Assembly: GCF_002105155.1 (NCBI RefSeq)
Contig: NW_019028988.1
Span: forward strand, 496,001-560,000
DNA length: 64,000 nucleotides
Origin: Lobosporangium transversale
Lineage: Eukaryota
Direction of reading: 5' to 3'
Positions 1-12,246 of the stretch are shown piece by piece (position 1 is the stretch's first letter; each line of letters begins with the position of its first letter). Position numbers and translations under genes: made by a program. Below the pieces are notes generated by a model. That model searched no databases. It was not told the origin of the DNA and was given only the letters and a program-made list of their open reading frames with translations.

Positions 1-1512
1 GGTATAGTCACAAGTGGTGCCTATGGACGTAGTCATCAACGGCATTCCCGTCATAGTAGCAGAGCGAGCAGAGATGACTTTGGTGGATTTTATTTACCGC
101 CTCATGAACGAATTGCAGAAGATGATGAGGAAGAGTCTTCAGCATTGATGGCTGTCGAAATCCTAAATAAGAGTCTATCAATCAATCGGTCGTATTCTTC
201 AATCCGATCGTCGTTCCTGATGGAGCCCTCATCCTTCAATAGTAGCAACAATAGTAGTAACGAGGGCGCCGGCGCTAGTATTGGTACTGGCGCTAATATT
301 AGTAATGGAGACAATGCGGCAGAGGACAGTATAGGAACAATGAGTGCGATTAGCACTAACATTGATACCCATGCTAGAGAGGAGATCGATACTAGGCGTA
401 CATCACCAACGTCTCATAAGGACGAGGCTGCGAAGGCACTTGCAACCACAACCACGACTATGGCCGTGAAGACAACCGCAAACACTGCAGTGCCAACTGC
501 AGCCGGTGGGGAGCCAACAACAGGGGCAGGCATCAATGTCACAAGAGGCCCAAATGGCCGAATGAGATTATACGCACCGGGCTTTGGTCATCGCACTCAC
601 CGATCCTCATCAGGTTCTGGTTCTGGATCTGGTTTAGGATCTGGTGGAGCAAGTGTAGCAATGACTTACCACAACGATGGTATTATTAACGGTGATGATG
701 GTAATATAACCATGAATCTTATGTCGACAATGACGACAGCAACAAAGCCGCCTAGTTCAAGTGGCCAGCGACGTCGTGCTGGTAGCAGCAATGCAGGAAG
801 TAATTCAAGTTCAGTGTCAGCATTTATAGCCAGTGGTATGAGTGCCAGTAGCAGTGGCACTGGTACTGGAAATTTTATTATCCGTGGACATCGTGCTCGT
901 ACCAGCTTTGACGATTTATCACTATCGTCATCAGATGATGATGACGATGATGATGAGGACTCGACTGATAGTGATGATGAGGATTATGATGGACGATTGT
1001 CGCAGCACACTATCAATCGATATGAATCCAGGCGGACGCGCGAGGATAGCTTTGCAAGCCATCGTACTGGCAGCAGTAGAACCACTAGCATTACAGGCAT
1101 TACTGAAACCGAAGGTACAGCTCTAACCATGATGTCGGCAGCGACGCGTGTCAGTATGGATAGCTCGGTCAGCCAACAATCTGGATCCATGCCGCTACAG
1201 ACTGGAGGGAGCGTCGAAGCAATAGGGGCAACGATGGCGATGATAGACGGAAGTGGTCGCCTGCCTACGTCACATTCAGGTTCACATGCAGGATCTCGTC
1301 CTGAGTCCAGAGCGGGTTCTCATTCAGGATCTCGGTCTAGGCCGGGATCAACATCATCCATATCTGGGATAAATTCGAATATAAACATGGATATGCACTC
1401 GAGCACGAACATGAATCCAACTACAACAAATTCAGCGACAACACGGGTGATAGATAGAATGACATCGCGGTTTGTGGGAGTGACAGGGAATGAAGGGTTC
1501 TCACAAAAATGA
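1..1512 (+). CDS. 3' part of a gene for a Ser/Thr/Asp-rich low-complexity protein, truncated at window start
   Basis: Frame 1 is open from base 1 (GIVTSGAYGRSHQRHSRH...) through ORF 145..1512. Disordered composition with an acidic DDDDDDDDEDSTDSDDED tract; no recognisable domain. Confidence 0.75.
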   Translation, partial: GIVTSGAYGRSHQRHSRHSSRASRDDFGGFYLPPHERIAEDDEEESSALMAVEILNKSLSINRSYSSIRSSFLMEPSSFNSSNNSSNEGAGASIGTGANISNGDNAAEDSIGTMSAISTNIDTHAREEIDTRRTSPTSHKDEAAKALATTTTTMAVKTTANTAVPTAAGGEPTTGAGINVTRGPNGRMRLYAPGFGHRTHRSSSGSGSGSGLGSGGASVAMTYHNDGIINGDDGNITMNLMSTMTTATKPPSSSGQRRRAGSSNAGSNSSSVSAFIASGMSASSSGTGTGNFIIRGHRARTSFDDLSLSSSDDDDDDDEDSTDSDDEDYDGRLSQHTINRYESRRTREDSFASHRTGSSRTTSITGITETEGTALTMMSAATRVSMDSSVSQQSGSMPLQTGGSVEAIGATMAMIDGSGRLPTSHSGSHAGSRPESRAGSHSGSRSRPGSTSSISGINSNINMDMHSSTNMNPTTTNSATTRVIDRMTSRFVGVTGNEGFSQK

Positions 1513-1934
1513 AGTTAGCCAATAAGACATACAAGTAGAAATGTGAAATAAATCAATCATCAAGGCTGTGATTGGGCGTAGCTCTCTTCTCCACTGAAAT
1601 AGATGGTCAGTGTATGGATTGTGTCGTTATGCAAAGAGAGACAAGACAGACAAAAAGGGGTGTGAGAATGACCCTCCATTACTTCAACTTGTGTTGACTC
1701 TTAATCCGTTGATTCCTTGTTCATTCCTTTTCATTTCATTGTCAACCTCAATTGTTCATTCCCACTTTCACACACAACAAAAATCATACAATCATATTTC
1801 TTGAGGATACCACAACTGCTGTGTGCCCCACAGACACATGAAAAATAAAACCCAGACTCTGTCTTCACCACCTGACTACAATCCATATCATCCAGTTTCT
1901 ACTCATAATCAAAACACTGAACCAGCCGCGCAAT

Positions 1935-3553
1935 ATGGAGACCATCTATGGCATCCAGGTAAAAAAAAAAAAAAAAAAAAAAAATCATATTTTAGCTTTT
2001 TTGTTTCTCCACGTTTAGTAAAAAAAAAAAAAAAATTGCAGTCATACTGAGCGCATCATACATGGCTCGTACAATTCACACGATTCACACGCCCATTGGT
2101 TTTGTTGAAGTCGCTTTTGGTTATTGTGCCCATTTGCCTATGAAGCTGACTGGCTTTTCTCTCTGTGACCCAACACTCCTCCTCTATCTACTTTTCTACT
2201 CGCCTGCAATAGGCAGATACTGAGACCTTACGAGAGGCCCATGAGCTTCAGAGACAACGTCTACTTGGGCAGCAACATGCTGTCACTAACGCCAGCACTA
2301 TACCTGCTTCCACTCCAAAGACTGGGTTCGCTAATTTGAAAAGCCCACCGCAGCCTACACTCGTAGCTCGATCCACCTCGGCCTCTGCTCTACCTGCGAA
2401 CCGAACTCTAGGACTTCCTACTAGCGGCAATAACGCAAGGACTTCAACATCGAAATCAGCTATCGACTTGGGGAAGGGCCTTACGGCGTCTACAGTCTCC
2501 GATATAGACACCGCAAGCGCTCCGGCGACCGCCAACACCGCCACTGCTGCGCCAGCAAAGACACTCCGCTCTCCATCGGAGACGACATCACCTTTTCTTC
2601 ATACAATAGATCACCATCACCAAAACATGAATGCGACGGGTCAGCTTCGATCAACAACTCAGAGCCCTGCTTTTCTGTCGAAGCTTTATGACTCTGAACA
2701 TCATCACTGGCTTCCTAACTCTATTCCATGGTTGGCTTTACCTGGCGCAGCGGTACCTACTACTACGGGCAACTCATTGAGCGGAACCGAAAGTTCAGGA
2801 GGAAGCATCGGTGTGAGCGCCACTGGTAGCAACACCAATACACCAGCCTTGTTTGGCCGTCATCAATCCGACACGGGTTTACCATCTTCTGAACGATCCA
2901 CACCTGCGTTGGTCGGGTTTGATAAACTATCGTTATCTGATTCTGCACAGCTACAGCAACAGGAAAACCCATCCCCTTGTCCACCCCAGCTACAGCACCA
3001 TCATCAACATCATCACCATTTGCTGAGCCATCAAGAGCTGGCAGCGTTGAGTCGAAATAACTCGCCCATGCCTTTAAGTGAGGCTTTACCGAATTATTTG
3101 CGAAAGAAGGCTGTAGACCCGTTCCATTCTACATCCATGGAGCGGTCTTTTTCGAACCCTGGAAATGGAGGCGCACCAGGACCCAATCCTGCGAATGTCA
3201 TCCACACAGCCCCAGTTTCACCTTTTTTACTGCCTATTCCTCCGTCTACTGCTGCAGCGTCTCAAGGAGGAGGAGGAAGTGCGGTAGCTGTAAGGAGTGT
3301 AGGAAGTTCAGGGGGGCCAACAATAGGAACGGCTTCACCCTCACATTTGTTGTTCCAGTTTCCAGCCTCTGCTTCTCATCTGAACAATAGTGAAGGTTCA
3401 AGTGACCGGCCTGAGATGGAGCGGGCAAGATCAACAGGAGTGTTGCCTATATATCGACCACAACTGCCACATCGCCACTATCGTACCCATCCTGGACATG
3501 GACATCACCAAAATAACACTAGCCTTCACAAACCATCTTATGGGCCCAATTAG
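1935..3553 (+). CDS. Hypothetical disordered Ser/Pro/His-rich protein, 2 exons (1935-1958, 2213-3553)
   Basis: Exon METIYGIQ is followed by a GT donor at 1959. The AG acceptor at 2211-2212 joins in frame to the long ORF ending at 3553. Confidence 0.7.
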
Positions 3554-4099
3554 GGCTGCTCAACATCACGCATTAGCTTGTCTTGTGTCTATACTAGCTC
3601 ATCCGCGGCTGCTTCTACTAGAGAGAAACTGGAATAGGACTTTAGGGGTGTCATAAAATGGTGATAGTTCTGAGCGCACCTAGTTCATTTTGCGTTTCGA
3701 CACGAGGAGACGGTCTTAAAGGCTTTTTGTGTGCACTGAAATTATATAAAAATATGATTCAAGAGAAATATATCTTCGCTCTCAGGATTCTTTTTCTTGC
3801 TTTCATCAGAAGCTAAAGAAACTTATAATATAAAGTGAGTTCATGCTCAAGAAGTGAACTGGATAAAAAGTGGGCTTGTAGCTCATATCTACCAAAACAT
3901 CCGAGAGGTATTCCACTGCGCCGCCCGTGAATGGCACTAAGTTTACATCTCTTTTAGACAGTATTCTGTGTATACAACCCAGGCTTTGCCTTTAGTTTTC
4001 TTTGAGCAGTTAGTCAGGGCCATGACTAAAAATGTCTTGCGAAAGATAAATGCCGACGTTCTGAAGGGTTGCTGATGATCATGAAACACTAATCTTACT

Positions 4100-4920
4100 G
4101 AGATTAATAAGCTCCCCTCCCTTGTTCGCTGTAGCAGTAGTAGCCATGGCCCTTGCTCATATACTTGTAGATTGCGAGGTCAACGGAAGTGTTTCAATGT
4201 TGGTATACGCGCTGTATTTGGCTTCAGACCATAGAATGTAAGGAACAATCCAAGTGCTATCGATAGCGTTGCCTTGTAAATTCAAGAAGGAGCGTTCAGG
4301 GTCGTTCTGTCGATAATGGTTGAGATGACCACTTTCATTCCATACGATGTTCTTCTCGAGAATGTGACATAGGTATCCTTCGTTGTAACACCCGTTGGGT
4401 TTTTCAGAATGCTTGATGATTATAAACCACACATGTCTATAAATTTTCCATGGTGCTACTCCGAGGTTTTTTCTTGTGTTGATCAAAGAATTCTATGCGA
4501 AACAACTCGCTCTTGGGGCTTCAATCACCAATAAGCTCTATTAAATGTTGAATTCGACTGTACCTTTATCGCAGCAAGTGAGAATTCCAGTCGGCTCTTC
4601 GGACGTTCTTCAAGGAACATGAAAATATGTGGTGAGGGCAATAAACAGATCATCGGTTATGAGCGGCGTCTGTAAGACAAATTCCTTTCAGGATGGCGGG
4701 AGAGAATCCTCGTGTCACACATCCTCTTCAATGAACTGCCAATTCTTATTACTATTATTATGCTTTCTGTCAAAGCAGACTTTCTGTTATTCCAAAAGCC
4801 ATGATCAATACATTGGTTGAGCTGGCTCAAGGATTGAGTGGCGTAATAACCCAGGTCGCCTCCATGTGGCACTTCCTGGATTGTCTGCTCATATATACAT
4901 GGTGAATCTATTATTACCAT
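4100..4920 (-). mobile_element. Degenerate Helitron (rolling-circle transposon) Rep-domain remnant
   Basis: ORF 4157..4486 contains NESGHLNHYRQND...IDSTWIVPYILWSEAKYSAYTNIE, resembling the Helitron consensus GYPLYRRR...IDNRWVVPYNPYL..KY.AHINVE. After a frameshift, IYKYMSKGHG (4144-4172) matches the next motif, YLYKYxxKGHD. Weaker upstream fragments (SPHIFMFL, NKNWQFIEE) lie in the expected order, and stops and frameshifts are present. Confidence 0.7.
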
Positions 4921-5204
4921 CGCCACCACCAGTACTCAACAGCTTATTTTATGTGTTGTCTGTCATTAGTAATTTGCTTGGAATAATACAGCGCGTTCGC
5001 CATGGATGATTGGCATTGCTTTTCTCGTTTATGTCTCTATCTTTCTGTTATGCACAAAGGCATATAACAGGGCTAACCGGGATGTTCTCTTTGGGAAGGG
5101 ACATCAACCTCTTACTTTCCTTTTGCATTCATACTTTGCCATTGTATCCTAATTTTACTTGTTACTTGCTCTCATTCTCATCGTCGTTATTATTCTCTTA
5201 AATG

Positions 5205-5237
<33 letters not shown>

Positions 5238-5703
5238 CCACCAACAACGGAAAACTAGGAAACTGGGCGGATTGGGCGTAAAGAAAACTGGTCCATGTTC
5301 TCTTTTTTCCCCTGGCTTTAAATGTCCGTCCATTACGAAGAGTTATGAAAACTGTTCAATCCAGATTATTTAATTGCATGCGTCGAGAGAAGAGAAGGTG
5401 CTTCATGGACTAACTGCTGCTGCTTTGCAACAGACCACTACAAAAGATAGAACCGTGAGAGCGAAAAACAATCTTTTATTTATTATATATCCGGGACTTG
5501 GTCTTGAAACATTAAAAAAAAAAAAGGTATATAAACGCTGCAATTGTAGACAAACATTACCAATGCTCTTATTGGTCTTCTCTTAATGAACCTCTCTCTT
5601 CTTCTCTTCTAGTTTTTCTTTTTCTTTTAGTTTATTTCATTTTGCCATTTGGCTACAAGTGATCTTTCTCTTCCCCTTCCTCCTTTAACATCCTTCAAGA
5701 AAT

Positions 5704-7749
5704 ATGTGTCAGAAGGCAGATCAGTCTGACCAGCTACAGGCACGGACTCTACCCAATTACACTCCTAACCCTATATCATCCCCATCAACACTCACATCCC
5801 CTGTAGCGCCTTCTGTGAACAACGTCGCTTCTACACTATCCTCCTCAATTCCCAAGCGGAACTCCATGTCTATCTCTATCGCTTCTTCAGAACCCAATAC
5901 TCTTTCAGAAAAAGATAAATCACTCACACCCTCAATAAATGCAGACAATAACACTATTAGCAATCGAAACGAAAAAACAAAAGAACAGGGGACGTTTCTG
6001 ACTCGGCACTCTTGGCTGATGGGTTGGAACCACGAGGATTGGTGGCCATGCTGGATCGGACTGTTCCTTTTTGGTATGGTTGCTATCGCGGTCCATAAGG
6101 GTCTTGAGCCTGCCCACTTTGCGCTCTGGTCTTCTAATCCCTTTGACTCGCTTCATGGGAAAGAAAACTACGAGCTCCTAGTTTTATTTCCGCTTCAGGG
6201 GATGCTAGTCTGGTTGGCGTTGTGGGCGATCAAAGCCAAGGCTTTCAGAGACTTTTGGAAGGGTTACTTGGTTGTTTATTCACTCAGTTTCTTAAGTAAA
6301 TGGCTCGCAGCCCAAAAAAACATCAAAAGCGCTAGTCTGGGGGACTCCATTTGGGCCATTTTATTTGGGGCAGCCCTCAGGAATATGATAGCAGGGTCCC
6401 CACAGCCTGATGGTCGCTCCAAGCCTTTACCTCCTTGGTTAAAGGTCGCACAGCAGACAGAACTCTACATTGCAACTTCATTGGTTTTACTATGGTAGGT
6501 ATATACTTTCCAAAGAGAAGGAGAAAGAAAAAAAGGAGACGTGTGATAGATTGTTATCATCTCTCTCCTGGAGATTTCTAGACGCCCAATGCTTTCAAAT
6601 GGACGTTCACAGAGGAGTGCTTGGGAAAAAAAAAAATAATTAACGCCCCCCTTTCCCCCAATCGATTTTAAACACATCAATGTTTGTCCGTGTCCCTATT
6701 CATTTTGCCATTTTGCCAAAGAAAAGAGTGTGTGTCTGTTTTGTTTGTAATACTAGAGTTTGTGTTGTTTGCATGCAATAGTTTGATGGCATCATCTGGT
6801 GTCATCAACTTTATTTGTTACAATCAAAGTCAGAAAATATTTTTCCAATGAAGTTTAGCTCGCTCACACAACAACTTTTATAAAATGTTCTAGCATCGAC
6901 TTCAACGTTCTCAAACCTCTAGCTCCACGCGCGTTCTTTGTCTCATGGATTGATACCCCTCTTCTGTTCGTCATTGTTGCCGTACTTGGTGCAAGCTGGC
7001 TCAAGATTGACCTTCAGACTTCCATGATCATGTCAGGTGCAACCTTCATTTGTGGATCCTCAGCTGCCCTCGCTCTCGCTGCTTCATTGGGTGCAGGTAG
7101 TAAGGCCGATCTGCCAATTGCCATCATTTCTGTTTTTACTATCCCTTCTATCATTGCGTTGCCCTATATCGCGAAGGCTATAGGTCTCAGTCCTCAAGTC
7201 TCTGGAGCTTGGTTCGGAGGATGTGTGGATTCCACAGGAGCTGTGATTGCTGCTTCCACTATTTACGATAACGCAACTGCCATTGAAACCTCGGCGGTGG
7301 TCAAAATGGTACAGAACGTACTCATTGGTCCTATATCTGTTGGCGTTGCTGCTGCTTGGGCTAAGCGCGAAGAACGCCGCAAGCGGGAGCTGCACAGCAC
7401 ATTTGAGGATATTGCGTTCCGTGCCAAGTCGGAACTTCAACCTGTGCCTTACAGAACACTTCTTTGGAGCCGATTCCCCAAGTTTGTGCTGGGCTTTATC
7501 ATGACTGCCATCCTATTCAACACAGCTGTCCCATCTGAAGAGAGAGAGGCTGTCAACAAGTTCTCGTTTATGGTGGGTGAATGGTATTCGACCATGAGTT
7601 TTGTCAGTATTGGGCTCGGTCTGCAGTTCCAAGAGCTAAGACGAGAAGCGAGACTGTTGCTCATGCTAACAGCGTTATATGCTTTAGCACAGTTGGTGGA
7701 TATCTTGAGTACCTTGGGGCTCGCCTACGTTGCCTTTGAGCTCTTTTGA
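5704..7749 (+). CDS. YeiH/UPF0324 (putative sulfate exporter family) multi-pass membrane transporter, 2 exons (5704-6494, 6894-7749)
   Basis: Motifs EDWWPCWIG, GATFICGSSAALA, GAWFGGCVDSTGAVIAA, VVKMVQNVLIGP, RFPKFVLGF and SFVSIGL, with many hydrophobic helices. The GTAGGT..TAG intron restores the frame (LVLLC|IDFNVLK). Confidence 0.85.
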
Positions 7750-8765
7750 AGTGGAAGCGACACTATCCTTTTACCATTTGTATATGTATCAATAATCTTC
7801 TTTTCTTTGTTATCATTATCAACTCTACTCCCATTAACCCTAATACTATCAGCCTAAGCTTTATTCATTATACGAAGATATAATATCAATATATGCTTAT
7901 AAAGTCTGTAAACCTGAACATATACTCCTGTCGCCCGTATTTTAGAAAACATGAGAATTAGACATAATTTGCGTTTTACATTTTATGTCTGGTATTTTGA
8001 GGTGTAGCAAAAAAAAAAAAAAAGTGTCCACTACCGACAATGCAGACTTTTCGGCAGGCAGCGTCGATCCTAGGTAACAATTATAAAAGTAATGTTTCTT
8101 GCAGTTGATAAAATTATGAACCTCCGCCTATCTTCTTAATTTGAAAACATAATACAGTCCTATTATATAATACTGCTTGATTATTTGAACAGAGTCGCTG
8201 ATGCAACTTGTGAGATCAACAGACAAATACCATTATGATTTTTCAATCTAATCAAACGCTTTTATCGCCATCACTCCATTCTCTGCTGCCACTAAAGCTA
8301 AAAGCATGGCTTCCAATTGAAATCAAGCTGATGGGAAACATGTTGGGGGTCGGCACCAAGGTCTTGGGCTCATGGCCTACGGCCTTTCGGCTAGCTCACC
8401 AAGTGGCACTTAAACTCCCAAATGTTGAAATCAATCAGGTAGAGCATTTGTATTCTCCTACGGCTCTGTGGACCCTTTCAAAAACAATGTCAATATAACA
8501 GTGTTGAGACAACATAACGTGTCGCAAATACATTAACTACTATTTCTCTTTTTATGATGATGGTGGGTCACTGTGTCGCTTCGACGGAAAGTCTATTTTG
8601 AATTGTGGTGTATTAACGCCAATAGTAGAAGTATTAACGGTAGCAGTATCAGCACCACAATCCGTCTTTGTAGGCGCTCCATCTATTTCATGCTGCTTAT
8701 GAAAGAATCGAACTCAAAGATATTATCAGGGTTGCCTATCTTACCCTATAAAACCTCTCTATTAA

Positions 8766-9863
8766 TGGCACCGCGGCCTACACGTGAGAATCAGTCGAAT
8801 TCCGCTACCATTGCATCAACTTCTTCAAGATTATGGGAGTTTATTGCAAAATGAGGTTATCACTGGCTTGATTGCCTTCGGTACTCTTACTATGGTTATT
8901 TTATGCTATTACTTCTTCTTTGAGCTCTATCGACGGCGCAAGTGAGCGAGACAGGAGTATCAAGGTCGAAGATCCGCTTTAACATCATCATCATCACCGT
9001 CATCACCATCATACCAATCAAATATGATGATGCTAAGGCCTTGGCAAAGAAAGATAAAGCAACCTCAGAAACCAATAGGGATTTCAGCACCCATTTTATA
9101 TTCAATACCGCCATGGGGTGTTCCTCCGCCGCTACCATCAAAATCATCACTAAAGGAATCTCATCAGTTAATGCTGGGTTTCGGACACCAAAGAGATATC
9201 ATTAGTTACAGTAATAGCAATGCCGTCGCGCTAGGTATAGAGCCCTATAACGGATCTGAAAGATCCTCAAGTGTCTCTAGAGCTCTACCGAGTTTTTGTG
9301 CTCTTCCCCCACCTCGCGATGCACTTCATATATACTTGAGGACACCTTCTGTCTATGAAATAATGCCTGTGCCGATTGTGCCGTCCGCATTTATGCGACC
9401 AAAGAGCACCACAAGGTGCATCCCTTACAAAAGCTTGTCGTCAGCAGATCTTGATTTGTGTCAAAGAGAATGCTGTACCGCTCAACAACGTAGGAATAAC
9501 AAGCACAACTATACCCATTATAATGACTATGATGGCGATGAAGAACCATGGCTCTCGTCAAGTCCATCCCATCATGATAAAATTTAAGAATATTCTCCTC
9601 TTACCAGTTACTCATGTCAGGAGTATCTTGTGCGGAGTCAAACTTTCAATTTGTTGGTACCAGTACATGAAGACAGTAATAATGCATCGTCAACGCCAGA
9701 GTGTTGTTACTACGGGGGTCGAGACAGGAGCTCATCGGAGATGAATGGCTCTAACTCCACTGCTGTTTCTGATGCTGATGCTGGCCGACGAGATACTATC
9801 GAAGGGAAAGGGCAAGGTCATAATCAACATTGCACATCTGGACAAATCTCAGGGTCTCAGTAA
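8766..9863 (+). pseudogene. Probable pseudogene of a single-pass membrane protein
   Basis: One reading frame runs about 1.1 kb, broken only by TGA at 8943-8945 and TAA at 9585-9587. It encodes the TM-like segment VITGLIAFGTLTMVILCYYFFF followed by RRRK and a Ser/Pro-rich tail. Confidence 0.4.
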
Positions 9864-9959
9864 GCTGATTTGGTACATTCGTGACTGTGAACGCTCACTT
9901 TATTTCTTCGAACAAGAATAGAGCGATAAACTACTTATAGAATCTTCGAAAAAATAAGC

Positions 9960-12074
9960 ATGTCATCCAGAAGAGGAGCACAATCACGTCAATACTATAA
10001 TGAAGACGATGATGATGATGATCTCTTGAGCGGTAGCGAAGGCGAGGACGATCAAGTAGATGATAGCCAAGCTGATTCAGACGAGAATGACGATGATGAC
10101 GACGGCGAGGAGGATGCATATGAGGACACTGCCAATTCTAGACGTCGTAGAAAAGTAGCCTCCTCAACCAAAAATATGAGATCGAGAGCAACGCCGTCAA
10201 GATCTTCAACGTCTTCGTCTTCTAGACTTTCTGCCAGACCCAATATGACTTCGGCGGCGAACTCTAGTTCAAAGCAACAAGGGACTAAAAAGTCTAGTAC
10301 CACTTCTACTCGCGGAGGAGGAGGCTCACGAACCGCTGCTGTCGATCGGAATGCTTTTGTGACGCCATCCTCCACACGGTCTCGAAAAGCAGCTGTCAAC
10401 TATGCAGAGCCAGATGAGGACGATATTGATGATGAGGAAGAGGAAGAAGAAGAAGAAGATGAAGAGGTGGAAGTAGTAGAGGAAGAAATGTTTGACGACG
10501 ACAATCTTAATGATCCGGATAGTGGGCGACGAGGCAAGGATAATGGAGCACAGTCGCGATCTACAGGAGCTCGCAAACGAGGAGGTGCCGCTTCATTGGC
10601 ACCAACAGCAGTATTAGATACTGGTAGAGGAGCCAGGTCGTCCCGCAGGGCAGCGACAGTAGCAGCGACAGCAGTCAATACTTCATCTCAACGCAAGCAA
10701 GTTGGCCGAATAATGTCTGGTCAAAAGCGAAGAAGTAAGTTGATTTAAAAGCATGGATGGCTAAAAGAAAAAGAAAAAAAATACTGTGATTGTCAGTTCA
10801 AACGATCAGTCTTTGGCCTTTAGTTGACTCTAAATACATTTAAAACAATTAGGATCAGCGTCATTGAGCTCCGAAGAAGAAGAAGAAGAAGAAGAAGAAG
10901 AAGAAGAAGAAGATCGTGATGTCGATGATCAGATAGAGGATGAGGAGGATCAGATGGATGTTGATATGGACGATGACGATGTAGATCCACGCAACACTCG
11001 GGATGATGACGAGGATGGATTAGATGATGAGGAAGTTGAAGTCGAGGATGAGGTTGATTTGGAGGAAGATAATGAAGAGGACGAGGACGAGGATGAAGAC
11101 GAGGATGAAGATGATGTCGAAAACACTAAACCACTGTCAACCAAGCTTCTGGCGACTGGAAATATCCGCAAAGCAGGTGTTGGCGCCGCATCATCGTCTT
11201 CTGCTGCAAAGGGCAAGAAGAATGCGAACGGTGGTGCTCAAAATAATGACGATGAGGATGATGACGAAGAAGAGTTCACAGATGAAGACTTCTCAAACCC
11301 ATCACTAGGTATGGCTTTTGGGGGCCAATTGACCAAGCGACAAAGATCAAAGTTAGATACACACGATGGCTCCTTAGAATTCCTTGAGCTTCCCGCCAGT
11401 AAGTCAGTCGACTCTGTCTTTCTGCTGTTTGAAGCTATAAGACATATGTCAAATACTGGTGAGCTCATTTCTTTCATTCGTTTCATTTATTAATAGCATC
11501 TTCTTCAAGGAAACGCCATCAAACTGAAGAGGAGTTGGCGCTCAAGAGGAGTGAAATCACTCGTCGACGTAAGAATCAATCCGCTCAGCGTGCCGAGCAG
11601 GATAAACTTGATACCATCAACAGATTGCTCAAAAAACAGGCTGGGAAGCGCAAGAAAGGTGCACAAGATGATGATGAAGGGGGCGAAGATACCAAAAAGA
11701 ATGAGGCTGACAATGACGAAGCAACAATAACTCGAAATCGGTATATGACGCCCACAAGTTATCTAAGAGTCAGCTATCGTGTCGATGGTACTACGCTATC
11801 CATACCCGAGGAATCTTTGCAGGATGTACCTATCTGGATGCAACAAACTATCCCTCCCATCATAAAGAAAGAGGCAGAGCAACAGCAAATAGAATACAAG
11901 AATATTGAATTATTAGAGAAACCTATCATACCTTTGAAGGAGCCTGCATATCCAGCGGCACGAGGCAAGTGCTCTGTGACTGAATGTGATCAGCAATGGA
12001 AATACCGAGGAATCAAAAGCAAGAAGGTTGCATGTGGGCTTAAACACTTAAAAATGATCGAGGCAGGAGTATAA
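9960..12074 (+). CDS. IES2: INO80 chromatin-remodelling complex subunit Ies2/INO80B (PAPA-1 domain); exons 9960-10734, 10853-11398, 11497-12074, with a possible extra 5' exon at 9741-9859
   Basis: Very acidic N-terminal region, LTKRQRSK, PAPA-1 motif EEELALKRSEITRRRKNQSAQRAEQDKLDTINRLLKKQA, and C-terminal Cys motif CSVTEC...KYR...ACGLKHLK. GTAAGT donors give in-frame joins. Confidence 0.85.
10873..10911 (+). repeat. (GAA)13 trinucleotide microsatellite encoding poly-Glu in IES2
   Basis: Perfect GAA run visible in the sequence. Confidence 0.9.
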
Positions 12075-12246
12075 TTAAACCGAGTGATTTTTGTCGAGCA
12101 GTCAAGTAGTCAAGTAGTAACCAATATAGCAGCTTTTGTAATCTTTTTGTTCTATAGACGAGCAGTTGTCATAATACATATAAACTATCACATATTCGTT
12201 GCTAACGAAAAATGTTTTATTAATGATGACCGCGTGATGGAGCATA

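Noticed and set aside
8943..8945. In-frame TGA as possible selenocysteine or programmed readthrough
   Set aside because: Context is a basic juxtamembrane stretch rather than a redox motif, no SECIS was recognised, and a second stop (TAA) lies in the same frame. Decay is the simpler explanation.
10052..11486. Antisense poly-Ser ORFs opposite IES2, and similar shadow ORFs opposite other genes
   Set aside because: They are reverse-strand shadows of GAA/GAT-rich codons in the real genes.
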